DNA of 63,980 nt, counting the filler, from Vicugna vicugna (lineage: Eukaryota), in assembly GCA_013265495.1 (NCBI GenBank). It is 82 parts of 79 records of this genome, joined end to end, with 100 filler letters (N's around TTAATTAATTAA, not from the genome) between each part and the next. Parts side by side here need not be neighbours in the genome. Positions count along the whole stretch, not along the records: positions 12,082 to 12,600 come from MU058940.1; positions 12,701 to 13,403 come from PNXW01006902.1; positions 13,504 to 14,337 come from MU058942.1; positions 14,438 to 15,240 come from MU058944.1; positions 15,341 to 15,546 come from MU058947.1; positions 15,647 to 16,521 come from PNXW01006940.1; positions 16,622 to 17,014 come from PNXW01006945.1; positions 17,115 to 17,768 come from MU058950.1; 74 more parts are not named here. The stretch is one strand, 5' to 3'. The translations under genes and the position numbers were made by a program. Of the stretch, positions 12,082-24,046 are shown in pieces (within the stretch, counting starts at the first letter, position 1; every line of letters begins with the position of its first letter). The notes under the pieces are model-generated. The model had not been told where the DNA came from. It was given only the letters and a program-made list of their open reading frames with translations, and did no database searches.

Positions 12082-12600
12082 ATGGTATGCAGAACACAGG
12101 GTTTAGGTTATAGAATAAATAATACTGAATATAGAATTTAGAATTTAGAAAGCAGAACACAGAATTTAGAATATAGAATACAGAATAATTAATATAGAAT
12201 TTAGAACATGGGATTCAGAACACAGAATTAAATTATAGAATACAGAATACTGAATATACAATTTAGAATATAGAATGACGAAAACAAAATATAGTATAAA
12301 GAATAGAGAATATAGAACCCAGAATTTAGAAAACGGTATGCTGAACACAGAATTTNNNNNNNNNNNNNGAATATAGAATACAGAATACTGAATATAGAAT
12401 TTAGAATATAGCATGTAGAACACAGTATATATAATATAAATTTGGAATGCAGAATATAGAATGTAGTATATAGAATTAAGAACACAAAATATACAATATA
12501 TAAAAGAGAATATAGAAACCAGAATTTAGAAATGGAATGAGAACACTGAATTAACAATATAGAATACAGAATACTGAATATAATATTTAGAATATAGAAT
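12082..12600 (+). repeat. SAT-E, AGAATAT heptamer-based satellite
   Basis: Continuous 7-bp periodicity (AGAATAT, AGAATTT, AGAACAC, GGAATGC). Confidence 0.93.
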
Positions 12601-12916
12601 NNNNNNNNNNNNNNNNNNNNNNNNNNNNNNNNNNNNNNNNNNNNTTAATTAATTAANNNNNNNNNNNNNNNNNNNNNNNNNNNNNNNNNNNNNNNNNNNN
12701 GCTCACAATCTAGCTCGGTGACCTGAAGAATCATAGTTTTTGCCACTTACTGAGTGTAAGTCCCTGCACAGAGCATGCTTACAAGCACTGGAAGTGAGAG
12801 ACATCACTTCTGAACACATACAATTAAACCCAAGGCAAAAGTCTCAAGTGAGGGCCCTTGGACCATCCTGAAAAGACATCGTTCCCTGAGAATCCTCAAT
12901 ATTGCTGTATCGCACA

Positions 12917-13089
12917 ACACTGTTTCTCAATGGGACACTCAGATAATCTTCATCAAAATTAAAGTGCTTCTTAAAATGCAGAATTCTGGGGTACAGTCAC
13001 TCCGAGTCTCCAGAGGTAGAGACAGGTAGTCTGTATTTTCAGAGCCGCCAAGATAACTAAACACGCTCAGGTTTAACACCGCCGTCTAC
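12917..13089. mobile_element. MER5-like hAT-Charlie DNA transposon remnant
   Basis: cactgtttctcaa...cttcttaaaatgcagaattctggg...tctgtatttt...aggtttaacaccgccgtcta resembles MER5A. Confidence 0.5.
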
Positions 13090-13503
13090 ATCTGGTCACG
13101 ACAATGATGTCTCACGGGGTGAGGGGGTTGCCATGTGTGTCAGGGTGCTGTCCTACCCACGAGACTCCCCTGATTCTCAGAACTGTCAGTGCTGTCCCAT
13201 TGGGCAAGATATACCACCATTTCACAATGCATACGCAGGGCGCCCGACTGACAGATACAATCAGTGATAGGAGAGGGGACAAAACTCAGGTTCCTGACCC
13301 CTTGTTTCACTTATTGTGGGATAAATGATCAATTCAAGGGTAATAAATCTGTGAATGAGTGAATAACATAACTCTCTTTACTCCCACGAGTGCCTGGAAG
13401 AGCNNNNNNNNNNNNNNNNNNNNNNNNNNNNNNNNNNNNNNNNNNNNTTAATTAATTAANNNNNNNNNNNNNNNNNNNNNNNNNNNNNNNNNNNNNNNNN
13501 NNN

Positions 13504-14337
13504 AAACCGGCACTAGGAAACAGACTGAAAACACAGAGTAATTGTTTCTCCTGCAAGCCATTCCCTTTGGGCTGGATGAACAAACGTCTCTCCACATGCT
13601 CAGTTCTGAGAGTAAGTGTGTGTGAAAGCCGTCCTTCACCTAGCATGAAGGGAACACAAAGTTTCTTTTTCAGTTGCAAACTCCACTCCATCCATATATA
13701 TGGGGAGGAACAAGCTCCAACTCAGTTTTACAGTGAAAACGGCAGGCACTTCAAACCAGCACTAGGAAACAGACTGAGAAANNNNNNNNNNNNNNNNNNN
13801 NNNNNNNNNNNNNNNNNNNNNNNNNNNNNNNNNNNNNNNNNNNNNNNNNNNNNNNNNNNNNNNNNNNNNNNNNNNNNNNNNNNNNNNNNNNNNNNNNNNN
13901 NNNNNNNNNNNNNNNNNNNNNNNNNNNNNNNNNNNNNNNNNNNNNNNNNNNNNNNNNNNNNNNNNNNNNNNNNNNNNNNNNNNNNNNNNNNNNNNNNNNN
14001 NNNNNNNNNNNNNNNNNNNNNNNNNNNNNNNTCCTGCAACCCGTTATCTTTGTGCTGGATGAACGAACGTATCTCCACATGCTAAGTTCTGAGAGATAAG
14101 TGTGTGTGAAAACCGTCCTTCACCTATCTTGAAGGGAACACAAAGTTTCTTTTCAATTGCCAACTCCACTCCATACATTTTTTTGGGGAGGTACAAGCCC
14201 CAACTCTTTTTTACAGGGAAAACGGCCGGCACATCAAACCGGCACTAGGAAACAGACTGAAAACACAGATTAATTGTTTCTCCTGCAAGCCATTCCCATT
14301 GTGCTGGATGAAAAAACGTCTCTCCACATGCTCAGTT
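13504..14337 (+). repeat. SAT-B, 249-bp satellite
   Basis: AAACCRGCACTAGGAAAC at 13504, 13753 (period 249) and 14236. Confidence 0.92.
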
Positions 14338-14437
14338 NNNNNNNNNNNNNNNNNNNNNNNNNNNNNNNNNNNNNNNNNNNNTTAATTAATTAANNNNNNN
14401 NNNNNNNNNNNNNNNNNNNNNNNNNNNNNNNNNNNNN

Positions 14438-15240
14438 CCCCACCTCCAGCACACACAAGAAGACATGTTCATGTATCCTGAAAGTAGGGAATCTACTCCA
14501 ACAGACAGCAGCGCCTGGGATCTAATAGAATCCCTTAGCTTGTATTCCCTGAATTTTTCCCTAGGCCAGGCTATCAGGAAAAGCTGAGGGTTGGGCATGG
14601 AATCCATGTAGCATCGAGTGCCTCCCGATGTACTGAGGAAGTACTTAGAGGACTTCTCCCTAAAGGGGANNNNNNNNNNNNNNNNNNNNNNNNNNNNNNN
14701 NNNNNNNNNNNNNNNNNNNNNNNNNNNNNNNNNNNNNNNNNNNNNNNNNNNNNNNNNNNNNNNNNNNNNNNNNNNNNNNNNNNNNNNNNNNNNNNNNNNN
14801 NNNNNNNNNNNNNNNNNNNNNNNNNNNNNNNNNNNNNNNNNNNNNNNNNNNNNNNNNNNNNNNNNNNNNNNNNNNNNNNNNNNNNNNNNNNNNNNNNNNN
14901 NNNNNNNNNNNNNNNNNNNNNNNNNNNNNNNNNNNNNNNNNNNNNNNNNNNNNNNNNNNNNNNNNNNNNNNNNNNNNNNNNNNNNNNNNNNNNNNNNNNN
15001 NNNNNNNNNNNNNNNNNNNNNNNNNNNNNNNNCATTCCGTGAAATTGAATCCCTTAGCTTGAATTCACTGATGGTTTGCCTAGGCCTGAGTGCGGAGGAA
15101 AGTGATGTTTGGGCACTTCAACCAAGTATTAGCGAGTTCCTCTCCATGTGCTATGCAGGTGTTTTTCCTACAACCCCCAATCTGTGAGTTCCTGTGCTCA
15201 ATTAATTATGCGTGGACTATGTTTTCCCACCTCCAGCACA
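14438..15240 (+). repeat. SAT-C satellite (gapped)
   Basis: CAGCAGCGCCTGGGATCTAATAGAATCCCTTAGC core. Confidence 0.85.
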
Positions 15241-15340
15241 NNNNNNNNNNNNNNNNNNNNNNNNNNNNNNNNNNNNNNNNNNNNTTAATTAATTAANNNN
15301 NNNNNNNNNNNNNNNNNNNNNNNNNNNNNNNNNNNNNNNN

Positions 15341-15546
15341 ATTTCTCGGACTTCCCCTAACAGGGAACACCTGTGACTGAAGAGAGCTGCGTGGAGTTGT
15401 CTCTCGAGCTCCCCCACTCACTGACAATGGTTCCGGAATCCAGAGCATGGGGAGGTTCCACCAACGGTCGGCAGCGCGTGGGTTCTTCGGAAAGCCTAAA
15501 GTAGTCTCCCCTGAGGGTTTTCCTAATGTCTCCGTGCCAGGGAATG
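15341..15546 (+). repeat. SAT-A partial unit
   Basis: SAT-A unit sequence. Confidence 0.93.
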
Positions 15547-15646
15547 NNNNNNNNNNNNNNNNNNNNNNNNNNNNNNNNNNNNNNNNNNNNTTAATTAATT
15601 AANNNNNNNNNNNNNNNNNNNNNNNNNNNNNNNNNNNNNNNNNNNN

Positions 15647-16521
15647 TCCATGAAACAGGGTAGAAAGCCCAGAAATGAACCCACGCACTTACAGTCAATT
15701 AATCTATGACAAAGAAGGTAAGAATGTACAACTAAGAAAAGACAGTCTCTTCAATAAGTGGTGCCGGGAAAACTGGACAGCTACCTGTAAAAGAATGAAA
15801 TTAGAATATTCTCTAATACCATGTACAAAGAGAAACTCAGAATGGATCAAAGACCTAAATGTAAGACCAAATGCTGTAAAACTAGAGGAAAACACAGGCA
15901 GGACACTCTTTGACAATAACTCACAGCAATATTTTTTTGGATTTGTCTCTTAGGGTAATGGAAACAAAAGCAAAAATGAACAAATGGGACCTAATTAAAC
16001 TTAAAAACTTTTGCACAGCTAAGAAACAAATGGGACCTAATTAAACTTAAAAACTTTTGCACAGCTAAGAAAACCATCAACAAAATGAAAAGACAATCTA
16101 CAAACCAGGAGAAAATATTTGCAAATGATGCAACCAACAAGGGATTAATTTCTAAAATATACAAACAGCTCATATAGTTTCAAAAAAACAAACAACTCAA
16201 TCGAAAAATGGGCAGAAGACCTAAGTAGACATTGCTCCAAAGAAGACATACAGTTGGCCAACAGGCACATGGAAAGATGATCAACATTGCTAATTATTAG
16301 AGAAATGCAAATCAGAAGTACAATGAGGTATCACCTCGCACCGATCGGAATGGCCATCATCAAAAAGTCCACAAATAGTAAATGCTGGAGAGGGTGTGGA
16401 GAAAAGGGAGGGGAGCCCTCCTACACTGTGGGTGGGAATGTAATTTTGTACAGCCACTATGGAGACAGTATGGAGATTCTTTAAAAAACTAAAAATAGAG
16501 TTACCATATGATCCAGCAATC
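15647..16521 (+). mobile_element. LINE-1 ORF2 3' portion (includes the Cys-rich C-terminus), degenerate
   Basis: [12 protein letters not shown]...[11 protein letters not shown]...[16 protein letters not shown]...KCWRGCGEK. Frameshifted. Confidence 0.95.
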
Positions 16522-16621
16522 NNNNNNNNNNNNNNNNNNNNNNNNNNNNNNNNNNNNNNNNNNNNTTAATTAATTAANNNNNNNNNNNNNNNNNNNNNNN
16601 NNNNNNNNNNNNNNNNNNNNN

Positions 16622-17014
16622 AATCCGTGATGCATGAAACATGTTCGTAATACGGAATGCCATAGTCATGTAAACAATTTAAATGACATGTGTATTGGTG
16701 AGAATTCGCAAAAAGAGTGTTGTCTGGTGCCAAATGTCCGATTTTAGTACCTGGTGATAGGAAAAAACTATGAAAAGTCAGAGTAAATATTTCTAAGTCC
16801 ATATAAGCCTTGTTCGGAGGGTGAAAGGTGTGTAATCCACATGCTCACAAGTCAGAAACGCATGATTGCCAAATCCGTCATACATGTAGAATGTACGGAA
16901 CCCGGAATGCCATGTTGTTGGAATACATGTAAATTACTTATCTTTTAGGTGGAAATCGCTCCACAACATTTTTTATGTGAAAAATGCACGAATTCGAACC
17001 TGGTTTTAGGGAAA
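16622..17014 (+). repeat. SAT-D satellite
   Basis: Monomer c followed by monomer a. Confidence 0.9.
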
Positions 17015-17292
17015 NNNNNNNNNNNNNNNNNNNNNNNNNNNNNNNNNNNNNNNNNNNNTTAATTAATTAANNNNNNNNNNNNNNNNNNNNNNNNNNNNNN
17101 NNNNNNNNNNNNNNACTATTTAAATGTGTAGTTTCCAAATAAGGAACTTCAAAAAATCGTCAGCAATGTTCATATTTTGATGATATTATCTTTGCATAGA
17201 AAACGTGGTATCTGAGCTTTTATAGGTTAGGCTTATTTTAGACTTGTATTTTGGTTTAAAATAATACTAAAATGTTTCTCCTTTGGTTGTAG

Positions 17293-17768
17293 CTGCATTT
17301 CTATCATAATTCAAATTTTAAACGAGGCTGTCCCCAGCTTTTAGTGAGAATAAAAAGAAGAGTTGGGATTAAAAATTCCTCTCTGCTGTCTTCATTGGCT
17401 AAAGATTTCAACAAGAAGCACTTTAAAGCAGGGTGTAATGTGGATAATCATATTTCATGTTTTGTGTATGACACTAGTGGAGAAAGTGCATTTTTACTGT
17501 CTGCAAATTTAAACATGCCTCTAATAAGAAAGCCCTCTACTAGCCACATAATTGGTGATACAACTACCCCTATCAGAGGTGATTTTTCTCCTCCATCATC
17601 AATTTCAGTTAGACCACCAGAAAAATTTGCAGTGGATCAACGAGCTAGTTTAAATCAGTTTACCATTATCCACGGGCACATTCAAGGCAGCTACAATGAA
17701 ACAAATGGTCGTGTGTTTAACTCCATTACAACTACAATTTGTACTTCTCAGAACCGAATCGTCTCTCC
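17293..17768 (+). CDS. HSFY: Heat shock transcription factor, Y-linked: exon 2 (partial, truncated by the scaffold end)
   Basis: A splice acceptor (tttctcctttggttgtAG, ending 17292) opens a stop-free phase-0 frame LHFYHNSNFKRGCPQLLVRIKRRVGIKNSS...DFNKKHFKAG...NLNMPLIR...PIRGDFSPPSSIS...DQRASLNQFTIIH. This is colinear with my recollection of mammalian HSFY (FYYNPNFKRGYPQLLVRVKRRIGVKN...DFNKKHFRAG...NLNMPL). Confidence 0.9.
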
Positions 17769-17868
17769 NNNNNNNNNNNNNNNNNNNNNNNNNNNNNNNN
17801 NNNNNNNNNNNNTTAATTAATTAANNNNNNNNNNNNNNNNNNNNNNNNNNNNNNNNNNNNNNNNNNNN

Positions 17869-18596
17869 GAGGAGGCTGCCCACTCTCTGGATAACTGTGC
17901 AAGTGTTCGTGTGAATGCTGAATGTGTGGAAACCGACTCCACGGATCTTTATGGGGGCACAGGTGTTCCGAGGTTAGGGATGTAGTTTAAACACCTCCAC
18001 AAACCATAGAGAGGTCATCGCAATTACTTGGTTTCGGAGCCCAAACCACACTGTCCCCCGCACTCCCGCCTAGGCTTTCAATCATGGAAATTCAATTAGA
18101 ACCCAGGCGCTGCTGTCAGTTGGAGGAACTTCCCTGCACTCAGAATTCCAGAACACATTCTTAGGTGTGGGAGAGATGTGCAGCTCCACTGCACCCAGAT
18201 GAGTGGAGGAAAAGGTGTTCCGTTTAGGGAGAAGTCCTCTAAGTACTTCCTCAGTGGATCAGGGGGCACTCACTGCTACTTGGCCTCCAAGCCCAACCCC
18301 CAGCTTTCCCCCATGGCCTGGCCTAAACGAACACTCAGGGAACAGAAGCTAAGGGATACTAATAGAACCCAGGTGCTGCTGTCAGTTTGAGGAACCTCCC
18401 CACACTAAGAACTCCAGAACACTTATTCGCGTGTGTGCTGGATGTAGGGAAAGAGTCAAAGCATCTTTCAGGGGGCACATTTATTCCATGGTTGTTGGTT
18501 GTAGGATAAAAACCCACAACCCATTGATAGGTTCTCGCTTATACTTGGTTTAGAGCCCAACCCCATCTTTCCCACTCTCTCCAGCCTAGGCATGCC
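17869..18596 (-). repeat. SAT-C satellite (Q-P-Q monomers)
   Basis: AGAACCCAGGYGCTGCTGTCAG recurs about 265 bp apart. Confidence 0.88.
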
Positions 18597-18739
18597 NNNN
18601 NNNNNNNNNNNNNNNNNNNNNNNNNNNNNNNNNNNNNNNNTTAATTAATTAANNNNNNNNNNNNNNNNNNNNNNNNNNNNNNNNNNNNNNNNNNNNACCA
18701 GGATGGGGATTCCTCTAATGGATAAAAATAAACTTAACA

Positions 18740-19395
18740 TAAGATCCAGCTATCCCACTTCTGGGTATATATCAAAGGGAACCCTATTTCAAATAGACAC
18801 CTGCACCCCAATGTCCTTAGCAGTGCTATATACAACAGCCACAACATGGAAGCAACCTAATTGTCCAACAACAGATGACAGTATTCAGAAATTATGCCAT
18901 ATTTACACAATGGAATAATATTCTGCAATAAAAAATGATAAAACAATGACATTTGCAGCAAAATGGATGTCCCCAAAAAGTGTCATTCTAATTGAAGTAA
19001 GCCAGAAAAAGAAAGAAATATAATACATGACATTACATATGAAGAAGCTTAAAAATAATGAAGAAGCTTAAAAATATATTTGGATGAGAACTCTATGATT
19101 ATATCTACAAAACTGAAACACACTCGCAGATCTACTGAACAATTTTATGATTACTGTGGAAAGGGGCTGCAAGAGGATATATTTGGGAGCTGTAGATTTA
19201 TAAATGTTATCCACTATATATAAAACGAGAAGTTTTCAAAATTTCTTTTGTATGACACAGGGCAGTATGTTAAATAACGTGAAGTAATGTTTTATAGGCA
19301 CAGAAATATATGCATATACGGGGACACTATGCAATACACCACAGAATGATACATGGTAAATGGCATATTTCAATGATAAATAAATGAATAAATAT
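18740..19395 (+). mobile_element. LINE-1 ORF2 end and 3' UTR, diverged
   Basis: atccagctatcccacttctgggtatata...DTCTPM...TWKQPNCPTTD, ending in an A-rich tail with AATAAA. Confidence 0.85.
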
Positions 19396-19495
19396 NNNNN
19401 NNNNNNNNNNNNNNNNNNNNNNNNNNNNNNNNNNNNNNNTTAATTAATTAANNNNNNNNNNNNNNNNNNNNNNNNNNNNNNNNNNNNNNNNNNNN

Positions 19496-20255
19496 TGCGT
19501 GGAGTTGTCTCTCGAGCTCCCCAACGCACTGACATTGGTGCCGGAATCCTGAGGTTGGGGAGGTTCCAACAACGGTCGTCAGCGCATGGGTTCTATCGGA
19601 AAGCCTAAGCTCGTCTCCCCTGAGATTTTTCCTAATTTTTCTTTGCCAGGGAATGCTAGGGGTGTTTGCAGGATATCCCAGTGACAGAGGCTGCCTCCCC
19701 AAGGTCAGGGAATTTATTTCTCGGTCTTCCCCGCACAGGGAACACCTGTGACTGAAGAGAGATGCGTGGAGTTGTCTCTCGAGCTCCCCCACGCACTGAA
19801 AATTGTNNNNNNNNNNNNNNNNNNNNNNNNNNNNNNNNNNNNNNNNNNNNNNNNNNNNNNNNNNNNNNNNNNNNNNNNNNNNNNNNNNNNNNNNNNNNNN
19901 NNNNNNNNNNNNNNNNNNNNNNNNNNNNNNNNNNNNNNNNNNNNNNNNNNNNNNNNNNNNNNNNNNNNNNNNNNNNNNNNNNNNNNNNNNNNNNNNNNNN
20001 NNNNNNNNNNNNNNNNNNNNNNNNNNNNNNNNNNNNNNNNNNNNNNNNNNNNNNNNNNNNNNNNNNNNNNNNNNNNNNNNNNNNNNNNNNNNNNNNNNNN
20101 NNNNNNNNNNNNNNNNNNNNNNNNNNNNNNNNNNNNNNNNNNNNNNNTTCCTAATGTCTCTCTGCCAGGGAATGCTCGGGGGGTTTGCAGGATATCCCAA
20201 TGTCAGAAGTTCCCTCCCCAAGATCAGGGAAGGTATTTCTCGGACTTCCCCGAAC
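19496..20255 (+). repeat. SAT-A satellite (gapped)
   Basis: SAT-A unit sequence. Confidence 0.94.
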
Positions 20256-20355
20256 NNNNNNNNNNNNNNNNNNNNNNNNNNNNNNNNNNNNNNNNNNNNT
20301 TAATTAATTAANNNNNNNNNNNNNNNNNNNNNNNNNNNNNNNNNNNNNNNNNNNN

Positions 20356-20818
20356 GATGTAGTTTTAAAAACCTCCATGCCCATAGTGAGGCACTCGCTA
20401 CAACATAGCTCTAGAGACCAAACCCCACATTCGATCAAAGCCTGGCCTATGTAAACACTCAGGGAACACAAGCTAAGGGATTCTAATAGATCCCAGGTGC
20501 TGCTGTCATTTGGAGTAGCCTCCCCATGCTCAGGATTCCAGAAAACTTCTTCGTGTGTGTGCTGTTGGTGGANNNNNNNNNNNNNNNNNNNNNNNNNNNN
20601 NNNNNNNNNNNNNNNNNNNNNNNNNNNNNNNNNNNNNNNNNNNNNNNNNNNNNNNNNNNNNNNNNNNNNNNNNNNNNNNNNNNNNNNNNNNNNNNNNNNN
20701 NNNNNNNNNNNNNNNNNNNNNNNNNNNNNNNNNNNNNAGAAGCTTAAGGATTCTACTAGAACCCTGGCACTGCTCTCATTTGGAGGAACATTCCCACTCT
20801 CAGAATTCCGGAAGCCAA
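20356..20818 (-). repeat. SAT-C satellite (gapped)
   Basis: Segments match SAT-C monomers at 45230-45360, 43231-43334 and 57305-57384. Confidence 0.88.
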
Positions 20819-20918
20819 NNNNNNNNNNNNNNNNNNNNNNNNNNNNNNNNNNNNNNNNNNNNTTAATTAATTAANNNNNNNNNNNNNNNNNNNNNNNNNN
20901 NNNNNNNNNNNNNNNNNN

Positions 20919-21092
20919 TCTCAGAACTGAGCATGTGGAGAGATGTTCGCTCATCCAGCACAATGGGAACGTGTTGCAGGAGAAACACCTACTCTGTTTT
21001 CTCAGTCTGTTTCCTAGTTCCTGTTTGAAGTGCCTGCCGTTTTCACTGTAAAACCGAGTTGGAGCTTTTACCTCCCCATATATATGTATGGA
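20919..21092 (-). repeat. SAT-B partial unit abutting non-satellite DNA
   Basis: SAT-B sequence ends abruptly after ...CCCCATATATATGTATGGA. Confidence 0.9.
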
Positions 21093-21924
21093 CCATAGGC
21101 CGACACAAAACAAGAAATGTAGAAATGTTAAAGACTCTGAAATCAATGTCCGGAAACCCTAGCTAAGATTCCTAAATGGCCCAACTTAACTAAGCACAGC
21201 ACTGCCTCATCAAGAATGAATAGCATCTCGTGTATTTTATTTAAATAAATAAATAATTATCCTGTTCCTACCACAGTGTATTATGATAAGAGTGAGTATA
21301 AGTTCTAACAACAATTAATGTACATATCATAATTTCTACTTCATTCAAACTGCTTCTTCTATGAAATTTGNNNNNNNNNNNNNNNNNNNNNNNNNNNNNN
21401 NNNNNNNNNNNNNNTTAATTAATTAANNNNNNNNNNNNNNNNNNNNNNNNNNNNNNNNNNNNNNNNNNNNTAGTTCACTTTCAACTTTTATAATTTACAA
21501 ATCTTGAGCTCAAAATTGATATTGGCTTCATCTTCCAGGAGACCATGGATCCACTGACCTGGTAAAGCTAGAATATCTCCCATCCAAGTAAAATATAAGT
21601 CAGGATCTTTGATTTTAATAACTGGAGTGCTGAACTAAGTCAAAACAGATACAAAGAAGCAGATAAGGCTCAAGGTAAGGTACAGTATAGTTGTCCTTTT
21701 ATGAATAATAAAATAGAGACCTACTGGCATGCTATTTAGTAATATGCAGCTCAAGACTACTTTAATTAAGAAAGCTATCCAAGAAATTACAACCTCTTCC
21801 AACCTCCAATGAAAACAAAAGCAGAACTCCAGCTCCTCATTGTTCAATATGTACCCCCTGAAGGACACGTCTCATCAACACTGGAACTGTGGCTCCTCAG
21901 AACTGGGATGTGCTCTGGGTATAA

Positions 21925-22076
21925 AATGCATGTTGGATTTCAAAGACTGTTCATAATATTTTATTGATTACATGTAGAAATGATTGTTTGACTATATTAG
22001 ACTGAATAAAATATATTATTTAATTAAATTGCAACTGATCTTTTTATTTTTTAATGTGACTATTAGAAAATTTTAT
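21925..22076. mobile_element. MER3/MER33-like hAT-Charlie remnant
   Basis: ggatttcaaagact...ttttattgattacatgtagaaatgat...aataaaatatattatt...ttttttaatgtgactattagaaaattt. Confidence 0.55.
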
Positions 22077-22094
22077 TTTACTTATTTTTAAAAA

Positions 22095-22263
22095 ATATTT
22101 TTATTAAAGTACAGTCAGTTACCATGTATCAGTTTCTGATGTACAGCACAATGTCCCAGTCATGTATATACATACATAAATTCATTTTCATATTCTTTTA
22201 TATTAAAGGTTATTATAAGGTATTGAATATAGTTCCCTGTGCTGTACAGAAGAAACATTTTTT
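22095..22263 (-). mobile_element. L1 3' terminus (cetartiodactyl/camelid type)
   Basis: ttttattaaagtacagtcagttac...tattgaatatagttccctgtgctgtacagaag is an antisense L1 tail. Confidence 0.75.
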
Positions 22264-23151
22264 NNNNNNNNNNNNNNNNNNNNNNNNNNNNNNNNNNNNN
22301 NNNNNNNTTAATTAATTAANNNNNNNNNNNNNNNNNNNNNNNNNNNNNNNNNNNNNNNNNNNNGGGCAGAATCACAAATGAAACTGCCTCACAAGTGACA
22401 GAAGACAGGTGAGAGGCATAAAGCAACAGGTAGCAAAGATGTTAACAGCAAAGTTGATTCTCCAACCCCACCAAAATTTCCTGAAAGAATCATTCTGAAT
22501 TTTAAAAGTAAAAGACTATCATATAGAGAAATGAAATAAATAATCCTCTTCATCAGGGTTTCAAGATCTCACTCCAGATTCTTTAGCAGGCCATACTGAA
22601 TCCTAGCACAGATAAATCAGATGGACTAGTGGTGAGAAAGTTCCAGGAAAACTGCAGTAATTCCTCCACTTGGACCTCCAGGACCGCATCCTGGAGAAAC
22701 TCGGAAGCTTCCAGGCTCCGCTTCTGGATGCCGAGGACACGGACAGCTTGGAAACATGCTTCTAACTCAGTCACCGGCATTCTTACACTGCAGGGGAAAC
22801 GGAGGCCCCCAGTCAAGAGCAGAGATGTTCCAGTCGTGTATCACAGGCCGTGCCTCGCGGACTCAGTGCCCTGCAGCAGCCCTGCCCGAGGCGAGGACCA
22901 GCAGCATGGCCCACCCAAGCAGGAGGGGCACTGTGCTTGAGAAAGCCCATCCCTGATGGGGGCAAGTGGGGCTGGTGGGGTTGAGTGAACTTGTAATTGC
23001 CCAAAAAAAATGCCTGCATTCATTCAAGTGATGCAAACAACAGTATCAGGCNNNNNNNNNNNNNNNNNNNNNNNNNNNNNNNNNNNNNNNNNNNNTTAAT
23101 TAATTAANNNNNNNNNNNNNNNNNNNNNNNNNNNNNNNNNNNNNNNNNNNN

Positions 23152-23946
23152 TATCTTCAGTATTCCGTATTCTATATACTATACTCTGTGTTGTACTTTC
23201 TATATTTTAAATTCGACATTTAGTATTCTGTATTCTATATTCTAAATTCTGTGTTCTGCATTCCATGTTCTAAATTCTGGGTTCTATATTCTCTATTTTA
23301 TATTCTATATTCTGTGTTCTATATTATACATTCTAAATTCTATATTCAGTATTCCATATACTATATTCTATATTCTGGGTTCTGCATTCCATGTTCTAAA
23401 ATCTATATTCAGTATTCTGTATTCTATATTCTAATTGCTGTGTTCCGCATTCTATGTTCTAAATTCTATATTCAGTATTCTGTATTCTATATTCTAAATT
23501 CTGTGTTCTTCGTTCTATAATCTACATGCTTTATTCTGCATTCCGTAATATTCTACACTCTATATTCTGTTTTCTACATTCAATACTCTAAAATCTTTAT
23601 TCAGTATTCTGTATTCTATATTCGAAATTCCCTGTTCTGCATTCCGTTTCTAAATTCTGGGTTCTATATTCTCCATTCTATATTCTATATTTTGTGTTCT
23701 ATATTCTATATCTCTATTCTATATTCTATATTTTGTGTTCTATATTCTATATCTCTATTCTATATTCTATATTTTGTGTTCTATATTCTATATTCTGTAT
23801 TCTATATTCTAAACTCTGTGTTCTGCATTCCATGTTCTAAATTCTGGGTTATGTATTCTGTTTTCCATATTCTATATTTTGTGTTCTATATTCTATATCT
23901 CTATTCTATATTCTACATTCCGTGTCCTATATTCTATATTCTGTGT
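23152..23946 (-). repeat. SAT-E heptamer satellite
   Basis: (ATATTCT)n variants. Confidence 0.93.
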
Positions 23947-24046
23947 NNNNNNNNNNNNNNNNNNNNNNNNNNNNNNNNNNNNNNNNNNNNTTAATTAATT
24001 AANNNNNNNNNNNNNNNNNNNNNNNNNNNNNNNNNNNNNNNNNNNN

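Noticed and set aside
16622..18596. Inferring that the satellites next to HSFY are Y-linked
   Set aside because: The adjacency is created by the linker and carries no positional information.
22364..23051. Coding-looking stretch and an apparent minus-strand acceptor near 22790
   Set aside because: All frames are interrupted, no homolog is recognised, and 22776-22850 resembles a MIR core remnant.
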